64,000 nt of DNA from an uncultured Candidatus Saccharibacteria bacterium (GCA_964520545.1 CAZFOD010000003.1:20728-84727), one strand, 5' to 3'. Counted from the stretch's first letter, positions 1-9,226 are shown. Translations and numbers: made by a program. Notes: generated from the sequence alone by a model not told the origin.

Positions 1-248
1 CTAGGGACGGCATAGTTGACAAAATCACATATTGTGCTATTCTGCTTGTAGGCAACGATTTTTGATTTGGTTGGGACAGGGCGGGCGCCATCACGTTTGA
101 GACTGCGTATTCGGTCACAGGATAACTGATTTGCTTTCTTTGCAGGAGCTTTCAATTGCCATCGAATGGTCAAGAACCTTGGCGCCCGCCTATCCACCCA
201 CTTCAATTTCGAAGTACGTCCCGTGCAAGACTGTTGCATATCTTTTAA

Positions 249-280
249 GAAGACACCCTGATCCGGTGTCTTTTTTCATT
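249..280 (+). terminator. Intrinsic terminator-like hairpin (AAGACACC...GGTGTCTT) followed by T-run
   Basis: Inverted repeat 249-256/265-272 followed by TTTTTT; lies upstream of tRNA-Ala. Confidence 0.4.
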
Positions 281-340
281 TATGTATACGTCTTGCTCTT
301 GTGTCGTTTTTTGGGTAAGATATCACCACGACACATATAC

Positions 341-416
341 GGGCCCTTAGCTTAGTTGGTAGAGCGCCTCATTTGCACTGAGGAGGTCGGGAGTTCGAAT
401 CTCCCAGGGTCCACCA
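341..416 (+). tRNA. tRNA-Ala (anticodon UGC), CCA encoded
   Basis: Cloverleaf readable by eye: acceptor GGGCCCT/AGGGTCC with G3:U70 Ala identity pair, D-arm GCTT-AGTTGGTA-GAGC, anticodon stem CCTCA/TGAGG with loop TTTGCAC (anticodon TGC), T-arm GGGAG-TTCGAAT-CTCCC, discriminator A + CCA. Confidence 0.9.
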
Positions 417-524
417 CCGTAGACAAAGTCAGATAAACATGATACTTTTCAGATGAAATTCAAGCGCCTAACTTGATGTTAGGACCTTCGCTTGATTCAA
501 GCTCGTTGATAGAAAGGATTTACC

Positions 525-743
525 ATGACGATACTCACTTGTTTGGGCTGGAAGACTCCTGCGGAAGCCCTTGCTATCTTCAAAGAGGCAGGACTGCCTT
601 CAGGAGAGCTCAGGAAAATTTTGGAGAGGCTTCGTGATTCCGCGGAGGCTCAAGAGGCTATGGAACATGTCTTAAAAGCCCCTCAATGTATAGCAAGAAA
701 ATTCGGGAGATTTCAAAAAAAAGAGGAAGCGAAGCAATCCTGA
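525..743 (+). CDS. Hypothetical small protein; possible upstream half of a frameshifted gene (see findings)
   Basis: 72-aa ORF ending 58 nt inside the next ORF; A8 homopolymer at 715-722 at the overlap. Confidence 0.3.
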   Translation: MTILTCLGWKTPAEALAIFKEAGLPSGELRKILERLRDSAEAQEAMEHVLKAPQCIARKFGRFQKKEEAKQS

Positions 744-1084
744 TAAGGAAGCCGATATCAAGGTACTCCGACATCGTGGATTTCCTGGGACTTTGTGGTT
801 TAAAAACTCGGATCTTGGTCGTTCAAGACGATGACCAAAACGGACCTAGGCCTGCTTTCTTGGCATTTGATGGGTTAGAAATAGATCGAGAGGACATTGA
901 GTTCTTGGAAAAGGTTGCCTGTAGCGGTAAATGGAGCGGCCAACGTCGATCTTTCAAGGCCACGATCGTGATAAGAACCCTGCAACAGAAGTTGGGATTT
1001 TCAGCTCTGTTCAATAATCGCGTGAATGAGTTGTGTCTGATCAAGATCCTGGAGGAGCGAACCGCTGAGCTGCTTTGGGAATAG
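686..1084 (+). CDS. Hypothetical protein (possible downstream half of split gene)
   Basis: 132-aa ORF in -1 frame relative to 525..743; terminator-like hairpin CCCCG...CGGGG + T-rich follows at ~1104-1140. Confidence 0.35.
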   Translation: MYSKKIREISKKRGSEAILIRKPISRYSDIVDFLGLCGLKTRILVVQDDDQNGPRPAFLAFDGLEIDREDIEFLEKVACSGKWSGQRRSFKATIVIRTLQQKLGFSALFNNRVNELCLIKILEERTAELLWE

Positions 1085-1349
1085 TCAGATTAGGAGATTG
1101 AAGGCACCCCGTAACACATGAGTTGTTGCGGGGTTTATTATTTTCACCGCGTTAACATGTGAACTTTGTGAACATTATTTGATACTGAGAATTTCTTTCA
1201 AGTAAATCAACTCATTTGCTATTTGGTTCAGAAAAACAACATTGAAGTCCGCTCGCATAGACATTTCTATAATTTAATGGTATTTTAATTTCGCTGTCGA
1301 AAGGACAGATGCGGTTGCATAGTGCGCCGTAAATCCGAAAGGGATTAAA

Positions 1350-1829
1350 TTGAACAAACATAGTCTAACAAAAACGGAGCTATTCATGCTCCAGCTCACG
1401 CAGTGGATTATTCAAAAACAGTTTGACCTAAAGCAAGGTCAATTCACCATCGTAGGGCAATCGTTTCAATCTGGCCCTGTGATTGAGGCTGGAGATCAAC
1501 CTGATCTGGAAAATAAGTTAACCCTGGAACGATGTCGTCGGGAGTCTCCAAACTCAACGGTGTGTCAGGTCAGAGATCTACGTCTTTTGATCGTCCGAGA
1601 CGGTGTTGACGAAGCGCGCTCGATGAGGATAACTTTCGAGACTGGCTATCGTCGGTTCAACCCACAATCGCCTAAGCTCATAGATCGAAAGCTGTTTTAT
1701 GTCTTCGCGCGTGATCACAAGTTGCGTAGGGGATATTACTTCGGTGCCCCAGACATTTACGGAGGAATCGACCACGTCGCAGACAAAATCTGGACAACGC
1801 TCGAGAATTTTCATCGAGTGACATTCTAA
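1350..1829 (+). CDS. Hypothetical protein
   Basis: 159-aa ORF, no recognised motif; followed by terminator 1834-1891. Confidence 0.4.
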   Translation: MNKHSLTKTELFMLQLTQWIIQKQFDLKQGQFTIVGQSFQSGPVIEAGDQPDLENKLTLERCRRESPNSTVCQVRDLRLLIVRDGVDEARSMRITFETGYRRFNPQSPKLIDRKLFYVFARDHKLRRGYYFGAPDIYGGIDHVADKIWTTLENFHRVTF

Positions 1830-1833
1830 CAAC

Positions 1834-1891
1834 CCACTTAAACCTTTAGGGAGATAGCAAACCCTAAGGCATCAGGTGGGTTTTCTATTTT
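1834..1891 (+). terminator. Intrinsic terminator (CCCAC...GGTGGG stem + TTTTCTATTTT)
   Basis: Hairpin CCCACTTAAACCTTTAGGG/CCCTAAGGCATCAGGTGGG then T-run; shares GGTGGGTTTTCT tail with terminators at 9179 and 28597. Confidence 0.5.
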
Positions 1892-1950
1892 AATATCGCC
1901 AAGTGATGGAAATAACGCATGTATCTTAATGCTCGTGCTACAATGTTTTC

Positions 1951-2676
1951 ATGATAAAACTCTTCGAAAAGTTCGTCCTATGTTTTCTTGCATTGACTGC
2001 AGCGGTTGTTGTTACTGTTTTCTTTATGCCAAAAGAAAGCGTTCAGGAAGTGGTTCCTTCTTTGCATGAAAGTGACGGTGCAATGTCAAAAACTGTTTTA
2101 GGTTTTGATAGAGATAATAAGACTTTTGCAGTTTTAGGTGAATCATCACTCGCCACCTCTACATTAGAACCTATCCAGTTTGTTCCCCCAAATACTGAAG
2201 TGCATACTTTACAGGTTTCTCCAGATGGAAAGTCTGTATACTACGTTCTTCGTACAAACCTCGAGTATGATGTTGTAAATCCTCAGGAAGGCAACCCCTC
2301 TGGTAGAATCGAATCCTTTGCAGCAATATATCGATATGATATGGAGAGTAAGGCTACGGAAGATATTTTGAGCGACAAGGATGTCAATCTACTATATCCT
2401 TCTAAAATGATATTTTCGCCTGGGGAAAAACGAATCGCTTTCGATGCGTATGGATGCACTAATTGCGGAGGTGGAGGACCTCGTAATATCATAATTTTCA
2501 ACAAAGAAATTCCGGGTTACCTTCAGCAATTCAAAAATCTCGGTCCTAGCGTGAATTTTAAATTTACAGGTCCAACCACATATGAATACAATGAATGGAT
2601 CCTAGATCCTGAGTGTAAAGCTGAGATGGCAGCTGCTTGCTCTAAGGCTGGTGCTAAACATACGGGAGAGTTTTAA
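1951..2676 (+). CDS. Secreted/membrane-anchored protein with beta-propeller-like (TolB-like) repeats
   Basis: N-terminal hydrophobic segment; repeated SPDGK.../IAFDA motifs typical of TolB-like propeller blades. Confidence 0.4.
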   Translation: MIKLFEKFVLCFLALTAAVVVTVFFMPKESVQEVVPSLHESDGAMSKTVLGFDRDNKTFAVLGESSLATSTLEPIQFVPPNTEVHTLQVSPDGKSVYYVLRTNLEYDVVNPQEGNPSGRIESFAAIYRYDMESKATEDILSDKDVNLLYPSKMIFSPGEKRIAFDAYGCTNCGGGGPRNIIIFNKEIPGYLQQFKNLGPSVNFKFTGPTTYEYNEWILDPECKAEMAAACSKAGAKHTGEF

Positions 2677-2833
2677 CTTGAATTAGTGTCTGTACTCTTT
2701 CCAGAAGCATGACGATTTTAAGGTTTGGTGCGCGAGGTTAATACAGGTTACGTAATATTGACGGATTCATAAACTCATTATATATTTCAGTCTGAACTTT
2801 ACGTTCCCAAACAATTAACCGGAGGAAAACCAA

Positions 2834-3640
2834 ATGCCTGAACAATGGCCTGAATCGTATTTAAAGGCATTCGATGCCTTCGTCGCTGACCCGCGTTCTG
2901 AACGCTACGTTGCAGCACTCTTTGACCACTATCGCACTGAACAGATGAAGGCGGCAGAACCTAAGAGTTGGAAAGTAATGGATGTGTGTTGCGGCACCGG
3001 CCTCATCGGCCGTGCATTGAAACACCATCTCGAATGTCTGGGTAAACACGTGGAGTTGACATTCGCAGACAGGTCTGGCGCGATCCTTGAAAGGATCGAC
3101 CTCGTGCCGACTGACTCCGTGATCCAAATAGACGTCACTTCAATGCCAGAGGTAACGTCGGAGAGCTACGATGCAGTCGTCTGTCGCTACGGCTTCAACA
3201 ACCTCCCACAGGAAGACTGGCTCAAGGCACTAGCGGAAGTTTTGCGAATTCTGAAACCCGGAGGCGTCTTTATCCTCCAAGATCACTTCGTCCCGGGGCC
3301 GACATTCTCGGCGCTGGTGAATGAAGCTGAGCAGTTTCTCGCAAAGATGGAAGGGAAGCGAGTGGCGCCCTTCATCTTCTCAACCGAAGCCTTCAACGCT
3401 GTTCTCGATGAGCATCCACTGGTCGTGAAGAGAGTAAAAGACGGCTATGGACTCTTCATCAACATCTGGGATCGGCTCCGCGCAAAGAAAGAGCTTCTGC
3501 CAGACTTCGAGGCTGCGAAGCGAGAGATCCTTCGCTTCTATCGGGAGATCTGCCTGGAGAAATACCAGGTGCTGATCGTTGACCCCGATGAGTACATCCA
3601 CGTTTATAACGTCACCTACGCGATCGAGAAGCGTGTGTGA
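2834..3640 (+). CDS. Class I SAM-dependent methyltransferase
   Basis: Motif I VMDVCCGTGLIG and post-I LKPGGVFIL; GC-richer than surrounding low-GC genes. Confidence 0.7.
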   Translation: MPEQWPESYLKAFDAFVADPRSERYVAALFDHYRTEQMKAAEPKSWKVMDVCCGTGLIGRALKHHLECLGKHVELTFADRSGAILERIDLVPTDSVIQIDVTSMPEVTSESYDAVVCRYGFNNLPQEDWLKALAEVLRILKPGGVFILQDHFVPGPTFSALVNEAEQFLAKMEGKRVAPFIFSTEAFNAVLDEHPLVVKRVKDGYGLFINIWDRLRAKKELLPDFEAAKREILRFYREICLEKYQVLIVDPDEYIHVYNVTYAIEKRV

Positions 3641-3656
3641 CTAAGAAAACAACAAT

Positions 3657-3698
3657 GCCGTGCATCGTCCGAGAGGAGGGTGTGCGGCTGTTTTTTTG
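3657..3698 (+). terminator. Intrinsic terminator after methyltransferase
   Basis: GC hairpin GCCGTGCA...GTGTGCGGC followed by TTTTTTT. Confidence 0.5.
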
Positions 3699-3769
3699 CT
3701 AGACTTTTTATAATCAGGTGGTACTTTTATTAAAACCCCAGAACAAAACAACGAACGAAAGGATACAAG

Positions 3770-4027
3770 ATGAAAAAGACGCGACTGCGCGCAGATAACA
3801 AGACAAACACGTACCTACTCATTTGCAAGAAAGTGGCCAAGGCACTTGAGAAGGAGATTGAAAAAATCACCGCTAAAACCCGAGTGCCACACGAGGCTTT
3901 CAATAGCTTAATCTCAAGGATGGAAGTGCAGAAGCACTTGAAAGCAATGCGATTGGACGTGGAGTGGCGGGAAGACCTGACTGTTCAGGAGTTAGCAAAC
4001 CTACTGTGGCCAAAGAAGGAGAAGTAA
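3770..4027 (+). CDS. Hypothetical small basic protein
   Basis: 85-aa ORF, Lys/Arg-rich; followed by hairpin CCCCG...CGGGG + TTTTGTGTTT at ~4030-4075. Confidence 0.35.
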   Translation: MKKTRLRADNKTNTYLLICKKVAKALEKEIEKITAKTRVPHEAFNSLISRMEVQKHLKAMRLDVEWREDLTVQELANLLWPKKEK

Positions 4028-4305
4028 GCCCCGATCATCAACCAGAACCACGTTCTGCAAGTTGAGGACGGGGTTTTGTGTTTATGGTAAAAGCAGATAT
4101 ATAGAGTCGTCCATATTGGTTTCGTCGAACTTAGGCAGTTCAACAAGTGAGTGCACCACCGAATTTCCATGAAGTAAAACCAAGTCCCACCACTAGACGA
4201 ATGAGGTTTTTAATTATATATTTGGGCCCGTAACGCCCAAGTAAGCGTTACTTGTTCTTTTACAGAGCAATCTAGTAAGTCAACCTCAAAACGGAGAAAT
4301 ACAAT

Positions 4306-5697
4306 ATGAGTCGCAAGACCCTGTTTGATACCGTGTGGGACGAGCACAGAGTGCGAAGTCTCCCACGTGGCCAGGATCAAATCCTGGTCGGCCGCCATCT
4401 GATCCATGAAGTTACGTCCCCACAGGCGTTTCCGATGGTTGAAGAGCGCGGTCTTTCGGTGCGCTTCCCAAAGAGCACCTTCGCCACGGTGGATCACATC
4501 GTGCCGACCGTCGGCCGCAATCGTCCTCTTTTGGACCCGATCGCGGAAATCATGCTCCAGCATCTGGAGCGCAACACAGCCAAACACAAGATCACCCTGT
4601 TCAACCTCGGCGACGAGAACCAGGGAATTGTGCACATCATCGGACCGGAATTGGGCATCACCCAGCCCGGAATGACGATCGCTTGCGGCGATAGCCATAC
4701 CTCCACACACGGAGCATTTGGTGCCATCGCCCTCGGCATCGGGACAACTCAAATTGCCTGCGTCCTCTCAACTGGATGCTTGCTGCTTGAGCGCCCGAAA
4801 GTGCGAAAGATCCAAGTTGACGGTGTCTTGGGAGAAGGCGTTACTGCCAAAGACATCACTCTCGCGATCATCAATCGCTTGGGCGTCAAGGGTGGTATCG
4901 GCTTCGCCTACGAATACGCCGGCAGTGCAATCCACGCACTCGACATGGAAGGTCGCATGACCATCTGCAATATGAGCATCGAAGGCGGTGCGCAGTGTGG
5001 TTATGTCAATCCAGATGAGATCACCGTCGAATATCTGCGGGGTCGGAAATACGTGCCGCAAGGCAACGAGTTCGACATCGCCGCGAAGCGGTGGCTCTCT
5101 CTGGCATCAGGACCCGATGCTGAATACGACGATGTCTTCGTCCTCCCAGCGTCGGAAATCGAACCGATGATGACCTACGGGATCACTCCCGGACAGTCCA
5201 TCGGTGTCAGCGGAACCATTCCGCTCGATGCGCCAAAAGATGCGCTCGATTACATGCAGCTTGAAGCGGGGAAACCTCTTCTCGGAACGAAAGTGAATGT
5301 GGCCTTCATCGGCTCGTGCACCAACGGTCGCATTAGCGATTTCCGCGAAGCGGCAAACCTCATCAAGAAGTATGGTCTCAAAGTTGCGCCTCATGTGACC
5401 GCACTTGCTGTACCGGGATCGGAAAACGTCCGCCGTCAAGCTGAAGGAGAAGGCCTCGATCGAGTCTTCACCGAAGCAGGATGGCAGTGGCGCGGATCCG
5501 GTTGCAGTATGTGCCTCGCCATGAACCCGGATAAACTCCAGGGTAACCAGTTGTGTGCTTCTTCATCGAACCGCAACTTCAAAGGTCGGCAAGGGAGTCC
5601 AACAGGACGAACTGTGCTGATGAGTCCCGCGTCGGTGGTCGCTTGCGCGACCGCCGGTCATATCGCGGATGTGCGAACAATAACCTCAGCGAACTGA
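4306..5697 (+). CDS. leuC: 3-isopropylmalate dehydratase large subunit (aconitase family)
   Basis: Motifs [37 protein letters not shown]; 463 aa; immediately followed by leuD-like gene. Confidence 0.85.
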   Translation: MSRKTLFDTVWDEHRVRSLPRGQDQILVGRHLIHEVTSPQAFPMVEERGLSVRFPKSTFATVDHIVPTVGRNRPLLDPIAEIMLQHLERNTAKHKITLFNLGDENQGIVHIIGPELGITQPGMTIACGDSHTSTHGAFGAIALGIGTTQIACVLSTGCLLLERPKVRKIQVDGVLGEGVTAKDITLAIINRLGVKGGIGFAYEYAGSAIHALDMEGRMTICNMSIEGGAQCGYVNPDEITVEYLRGRKYVPQGNEFDIAAKRWLSLASGPDAEYDDVFVLPASEIEPMMTYGITPGQSIGVSGTIPLDAPKDALDYMQLEAGKPLLGTKVNVAFIGSCTNGRISDFREAANLIKKYGLKVAPHVTALAVPGSENVRRQAEGEGLDRVFTEAGWQWRGSGCSMCLAMNPDKLQGNQLCASSSNRNFKGRQGSPTGRTVLMSPASVVACATAGHIADVRTITSAN

Positions 5698-5701
5698 TAC
5701 C

Positions 5702-6322
5702 ATGTTGAAAAAGATCACAAACATCTCCGGCGGTGGCTTTCACCTTCCCGGTAGCGACGTTGATACCGACCGGATCATTCCGGCACGGTTCCTCAAGTGC
5801 GTCACATTCGAGGGCTTGGGCAACCATGTCTTCGAAGACGATCGGGCCCAGCTCGCTGGGCGGCATCCGTTCGACAACGAACGCAACAAAGGCTGCAACA
5901 TCCTGGTTGTGGACGAAAACTTCGGGTCCGGCTCAAGCCGCGAACACGCAGTTCCAGCCCTCACTCAATGGGGCATCCAGGCCATCATCGGCCTTTCGTT
6001 CGCTGCGATCTTCCGTGGAAACGCGGTCGGCAACGGCCTCGTCTGCGTCACGGTCGAGAGGGAAGTGCACGACTTCATTACTCGCGAGATCAGTCTCGGC
6101 GCTTTCGCCGTCCACATCGATCTCGAGAAGATGGAAGTCACCACTGAGCATGCATCGGAAAGCCATCCGATGTGGTGTGCGATGCCTGACGCGCATCGTG
6201 AAAACCTCATGACCGGTGCCTGGGATGATATCGCAACCTGCATCGAAGCGGGAAGCGCTATCGAAGAAACGGCGGCTCGTCTGCCTTACTTCGAAATCCC
6301 GGTCCCCCTGCCCGCGGTCTAA
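5702..6322 (+). CDS. leuD: 3-isopropylmalate dehydratase small subunit
   Basis: LeuD-like DTDRIIPARFLK and VDENFGSGSSREHA motifs; 4-nt gap from leuC. Confidence 0.8.
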   Translation: MLKKITNISGGGFHLPGSDVDTDRIIPARFLKCVTFEGLGNHVFEDDRAQLAGRHPFDNERNKGCNILVVDENFGSGSSREHAVPALTQWGIQAIIGLSFAAIFRGNAVGNGLVCVTVEREVHDFITREISLGAFAVHIDLEKMEVTTEHASESHPMWCAMPDAHRENLMTGAWDDIATCIEAGSAIEETAARLPYFEIPVPLPAV

Positions 6323-6344
6323 CCACTAGATTGTTGAATAATAT

Positions 6345-6389
6345 GACCTCGTCTTCCTTCACAGGAGGGCGAGGTCTATTTTTTTATTT
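6345..6389 (+). terminator. Intrinsic terminator after leuD
   Basis: GACCTCG...CGAGGTC hairpin followed by TATTTTTTTATTT. Confidence 0.55.
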
Positions 6390-6484
6390 GACATACTTAT
6401 ATATAACAGTAATGTGGGAGCTAGACGCTTACTGAATAGGTAAGTGGTCCTTCAAAATCAACCTCAACCTACATATACTCGCAC

Positions 6485-7639
6485 ATGAAAGTTCATCCAA
6501 TCGCACTTGTAAACGGCGACGGCTCCGCTCCTGAAATGATGGCGGTAGCTTGCAAAGTCGCTCAACTCGCAGCAAAAAAAGATGGTCACGCGCTGGAGTT
6601 CCATCCTGCACCAATGGGCTGGAACGCATATCGTGATTACAACGACACGCTTCCTCAAAGTTCACTCGAAACAGCAATCAGTCTTGGCACCGTCTTCTTC
6701 GGCGGTGTCGGTGATCCACAGTTCGACAACACTATCGGTGTTGAAAAACCCGAAATGAAACCTGAAGCGCGGTGCCTCCTTCCTCTTCGGAGTAAAATGG
6801 GGCTTCTGCTCAACTTCCGTCCGATGATCTACTACAAGGATCTGGATCACCTCGCCAACGTCAAGCCCGAGACAATCCCAGCCGAAGGTGTCAGGCAAAT
6901 CTGGATCCGTTTCCTCCTCGAGGACAGCTACTTTGGAAATGCGGACTACAGTCTGAACCCCACGTTCGGACCCTACTTCAAACCAAAGAGCCAGGTGAGC
7001 GGCGAAGAGGACGTCGTCATGGATCTTGCCTATTATCAGCGCTCGACAATCGAGAAATACATTCGTGCGGCGTTCCGCGAAGCAAAAGCTCTCGGCCTTC
7101 CGCTCATCTCGATCGACAAAGCCAATGTCATGGCACGCTATGACTTCTGGCGCAAAATCGTCACGCGGATCGGGAAGAAAGAGTTCCCGGACGTCCCGCT
7201 GTCTCATCAACTCGTGGACTCAGCAAACGCCCTGCTCTTCACTCCGGCGAAATTGCACGGCGTCATTGCCTGCGGTAACGAACACGGAGACATCCTCTCG
7301 GATGGAGCAGCGGGTGCGCTCGGCAGTATGGGAATGATGTGCAGTTCTGCCATCAACCCTGACACTGGTGCAGCGATGTTCGAAAGTGGAGCTGGCACAG
7401 CGCCGACTCTTGCTGGACAGGACAAAGCCAACCCACTCGGTCGCATCCTCACCGCGGCAATGATGCTTCGTCACCTCGGTGCAACAAAGGGTGCAAACTC
7501 AATCGAGAAGGCGGTCAACCTCGTGCTTCGTGAGGGTTACCGCACAGGCGACCTCATCAGCGGAAAAGTTCGCGGTGACGTGACGCGAGTGGGCACGGAA
7601 GAAATGGGCAGTTTGGTTTTGAAGGAGATCGGCGAATAG
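6485..7639 (+). CDS. leuB: 3-isopropylmalate dehydrogenase-like (isocitrate/isopropylmalate dehydrogenase family)
   Basis: N-term IALVNGDGSAPEMM; NEHGDILSDGAAGALGSMGMMCSSAIN and ANPLGRILTAAMMLRHLG motifs; adjacent to leuCD. Confidence 0.7.
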   Translation: MKVHPIALVNGDGSAPEMMAVACKVAQLAAKKDGHALEFHPAPMGWNAYRDYNDTLPQSSLETAISLGTVFFGGVGDPQFDNTIGVEKPEMKPEARCLLPLRSKMGLLLNFRPMIYYKDLDHLANVKPETIPAEGVRQIWIRFLLEDSYFGNADYSLNPTFGPYFKPKSQVSGEEDVVMDLAYYQRSTIEKYIRAAFREAKALGLPLISIDKANVMARYDFWRKIVTRIGKKEFPDVPLSHQLVDSANALLFTPAKLHGVIACGNEHGDILSDGAAGALGSMGMMCSSAINPDTGAAMFESGAGTAPTLAGQDKANPLGRILTAAMMLRHLGATKGANSIEKAVNLVLREGYRTGDLISGKVRGDVTRVGTEEMGSLVLKEIGE

Positions 7640-7670
7640 GTTTTACCAACTCGCTAGTCATTCAATTCAT

Positions 7671-7707
7671 GGAGCGGCATACGAAAGTGTGCCGCTCCAA
7701 TTTTTTG
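7671..7707 (+). terminator. Intrinsic terminator after leuB
   Basis: GGAGCGGCA...TGCCGCTCC + AATTTTTTGT. Confidence 0.6.
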
Positions 7708-7710
7708 TAT

Positions 7711-7744
7711 CAAAAAACCTCCCTGTTCTGTCACAACAGGGAGG
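7711..7744 (-). terminator. Intrinsic terminator for minus-strand gene 7773..8546
   Basis: CCTCCCTGTT...AACAGGGAGG hairpin; on minus strand followed by T-run (plus-strand CAAAAAA 7711-7717). Confidence 0.5.
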
Positions 7745-7772
7745 TCTTACTTTTGAACATCATGGCCTGATC

Positions 7773-8546
7773 TCACTTCGTACGGACAATGCCTTCAGCG
7801 TATTCAGGGGTAAAGAGTTGCTTCCAACGATGTTTCTTCGGTGTAACCTCGATGGAATCAATGGGAATGAATCTTTTCCACGCCCACAACTCTTCGAAAC
7901 CTTTCTTCATCAGATGTGGAGTGTTCCACATATAGCCGAAAGGTGTCATGACCGGAGTTCGGATAAAAGTCAGCTGAAAAATGAAACCAGAAACGATTTC
8001 GACCTCAGCTTTTTCCGTTTCTTCACGGATTTGGATCAGTAAATGCTGTTCGCAATGAGCATGTAGACCCATTTCGTTGGTTGCACACCACTTACCACTA
8101 TGCAGATCGTAGGCGAATCCGAATACTTCATGTCCGAAGCCAGCTCCACGATCACCAGACACATAGACTCCGCCGTCGGCACGTCTTTCCATTCGTGCGC
8201 TGCAGACCTCATCGTCAAAAGTTTCAACTTCACTGTCGGTCATGCTCTGCAGTTTTGAGACATCTGCATCAAACACGCTTGGGTCAACAGGTTGGGGCAT
8301 CTGGGTGCCTTCATGGTAAATCTTGCACCTTCTTGTGACAGCTTCATCAAACGTGCTTTTGAGCATGTAACCGTGTGAAATACCTGTCCGCAGTTTTTCA
8401 AACAGTGCTCCTTGATCACGGGTTGTTGCTCCGAGCTCGATGACACCATCGGTCCCGAGAGCCTCCTCATGCATTGCTGCATGTATTTCGTCATTTGTGG
8501 GAGTCCTACGACGCCCCTTTCCTGATTTGGGTTTGTCGTTTTTCAT
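7773..8546 (-). CDS. Hypothetical protein (possible metal-binding H/C residues near C-terminus)
   Basis: 257-aa ORF, GC-richer; no confident family assignment. Confidence 0.45.
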   Translation of the reverse strand: MKNDKPKSGKGRRRTPTNDEIHAAMHEEALGTDGVIELGATTRDQGALFEKLRTGISHGYMLKSTFDEAVTRRCKIYHEGTQMPQPVDPSVFDADVSKLQSMTDSEVETFDDEVCSARMERRADGGVYVSGDRGAGFGHEVFGFAYDLHSGKWCATNEMGLHAHCEQHLLIQIREETEKAEVEIVSGFIFQLTFIRTPVMTPFGYMWNTPHLMKKGFEELWAWKRFIPIDSIEVTPKKHRWKQLFTPEYAEGIVRTK

Positions 8547-8631
8547 TTGGTGGTGAATGGGTTGAAGTTAAAGAGCGGGCCTCAACGTGAGGTCCGGAAA
8601 AAAGAATACCATAATTTTGCTTAATAGCAAT

Positions 8632-8649
8632 TTAACAGTCAACTGTTAA
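8632..8649. promoter_or_regulatory. Palindrome TTAACAGT-ca-ACTGTTAA in divergent intergenic region
   Basis: Perfect 8-bp inverted arms with 2-nt spacer between divergently oriented genes 7773..8546(-) and 8770..9177(+). Confidence 0.3.
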
Positions 8650-8769
8650 AAAATTATCACTCCAACACAGTAGACAATCCTCAACCATCATGGTATTACA
8701 TGACAGGCAGTATATTGTTTTCATAAGTCACAGCACATCACCAAAACCAGTACATAGAAAGGAAAAACC

Positions 8770-9177
8770 ATGAAATCATGCTTAGTTGTCTTGTTTAGCA
8801 TCCTCCTCGTCGGAGTGTATGCACCTGCGGAGGCTCAAACCATCATCATTCACACTCACTACGACGCCAAGCGTTATGTGGGAGAATATGTCGTCGATAC
8901 AAGTCGCACCGTTGATATTGAGGACGGTGAGGGGCGGAAGGGAGTTTGTGTCGTCCTCTACAAGGTGGTTAAGAAGGGAGAAAAGGCATTTCCTCCCATT
9001 GCTTTTCCTGAAGGATCGGGAGCCGTAACCGCTAACGATTTGAGAAAAGCAGTCAGGGTTACTCTCGAACCAACGGTCTTCGTTGATCGCCTGTGGGTGA
9101 CGTACTACGACGTCACTGGGCGAGCATTCTTTACCTCAACGATGTATCCGCTCGACGAGCGGATCAAGAAGAAATAG
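8770..9177 (+). CDS. Secreted hypothetical protein (signal peptide)
   Basis: N-terminal MKSCLVVLFSILLVGVYAPAEA signal-like segment. Confidence 0.45.
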   Translation: MKSCLVVLFSILLVGVYAPAEAQTIIIHTHYDAKRYVGEYVVDTSRTVDIEDGEGRKGVCVVLYKVVKKGEKAFPPIAFPEGSGAVTANDLRKAVRVTLEPTVFVDRLWVTYYDVTGRAFFTSTMYPLDERIKKK

Positions 9178-9178
9178 G

Positions 9179-9226
9179 CCCACCCCGAGCAGAGACCCTC
9201 TGCTCTTGCGGTGGGTTTTCTGTTTA
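9179..9226 (+). terminator. Intrinsic terminator (CCCACC...GGTGGG + TTTTCTGTTT)
   Basis: GAGCAGAG/CTCTGCTC core stem extended by CCCACC/GGTGGG, T-run follows. Confidence 0.55.

Noticed and set aside
131-355. 74-aa ORF at window start
   Set aside because: Runs into the tRNA-Ala gene and across an intrinsic terminator; almost certainly non-coding.
525-1084. IS-element (orfA/orfB) interpretation of the frameshifted pair
   Set aside because: Fused product (~190 aa) is too short for a DDE transposase and no terminal inverted repeats were seen. Kept only as a generic frameshift/pseudogene observation.
4028-4305. T-box or leader-peptide attenuator upstream of leuC; T-box upstream of trpS (62454-62591)
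   Set aside because: No AGGGTGGNACCGCG-like T-box core and no Leu-rich/Trp-rich leader ORF visible; the trpS upstream region instead shows phased direct repeats.
4210-4752. 180-aa minus-strand ORF (and several other 60-110 aa ORFs) overlapping leuC/leuD/leuB
   Set aside because: Antisense ORFs inside well-supported GC-rich genes; an expected artefact of high GC.
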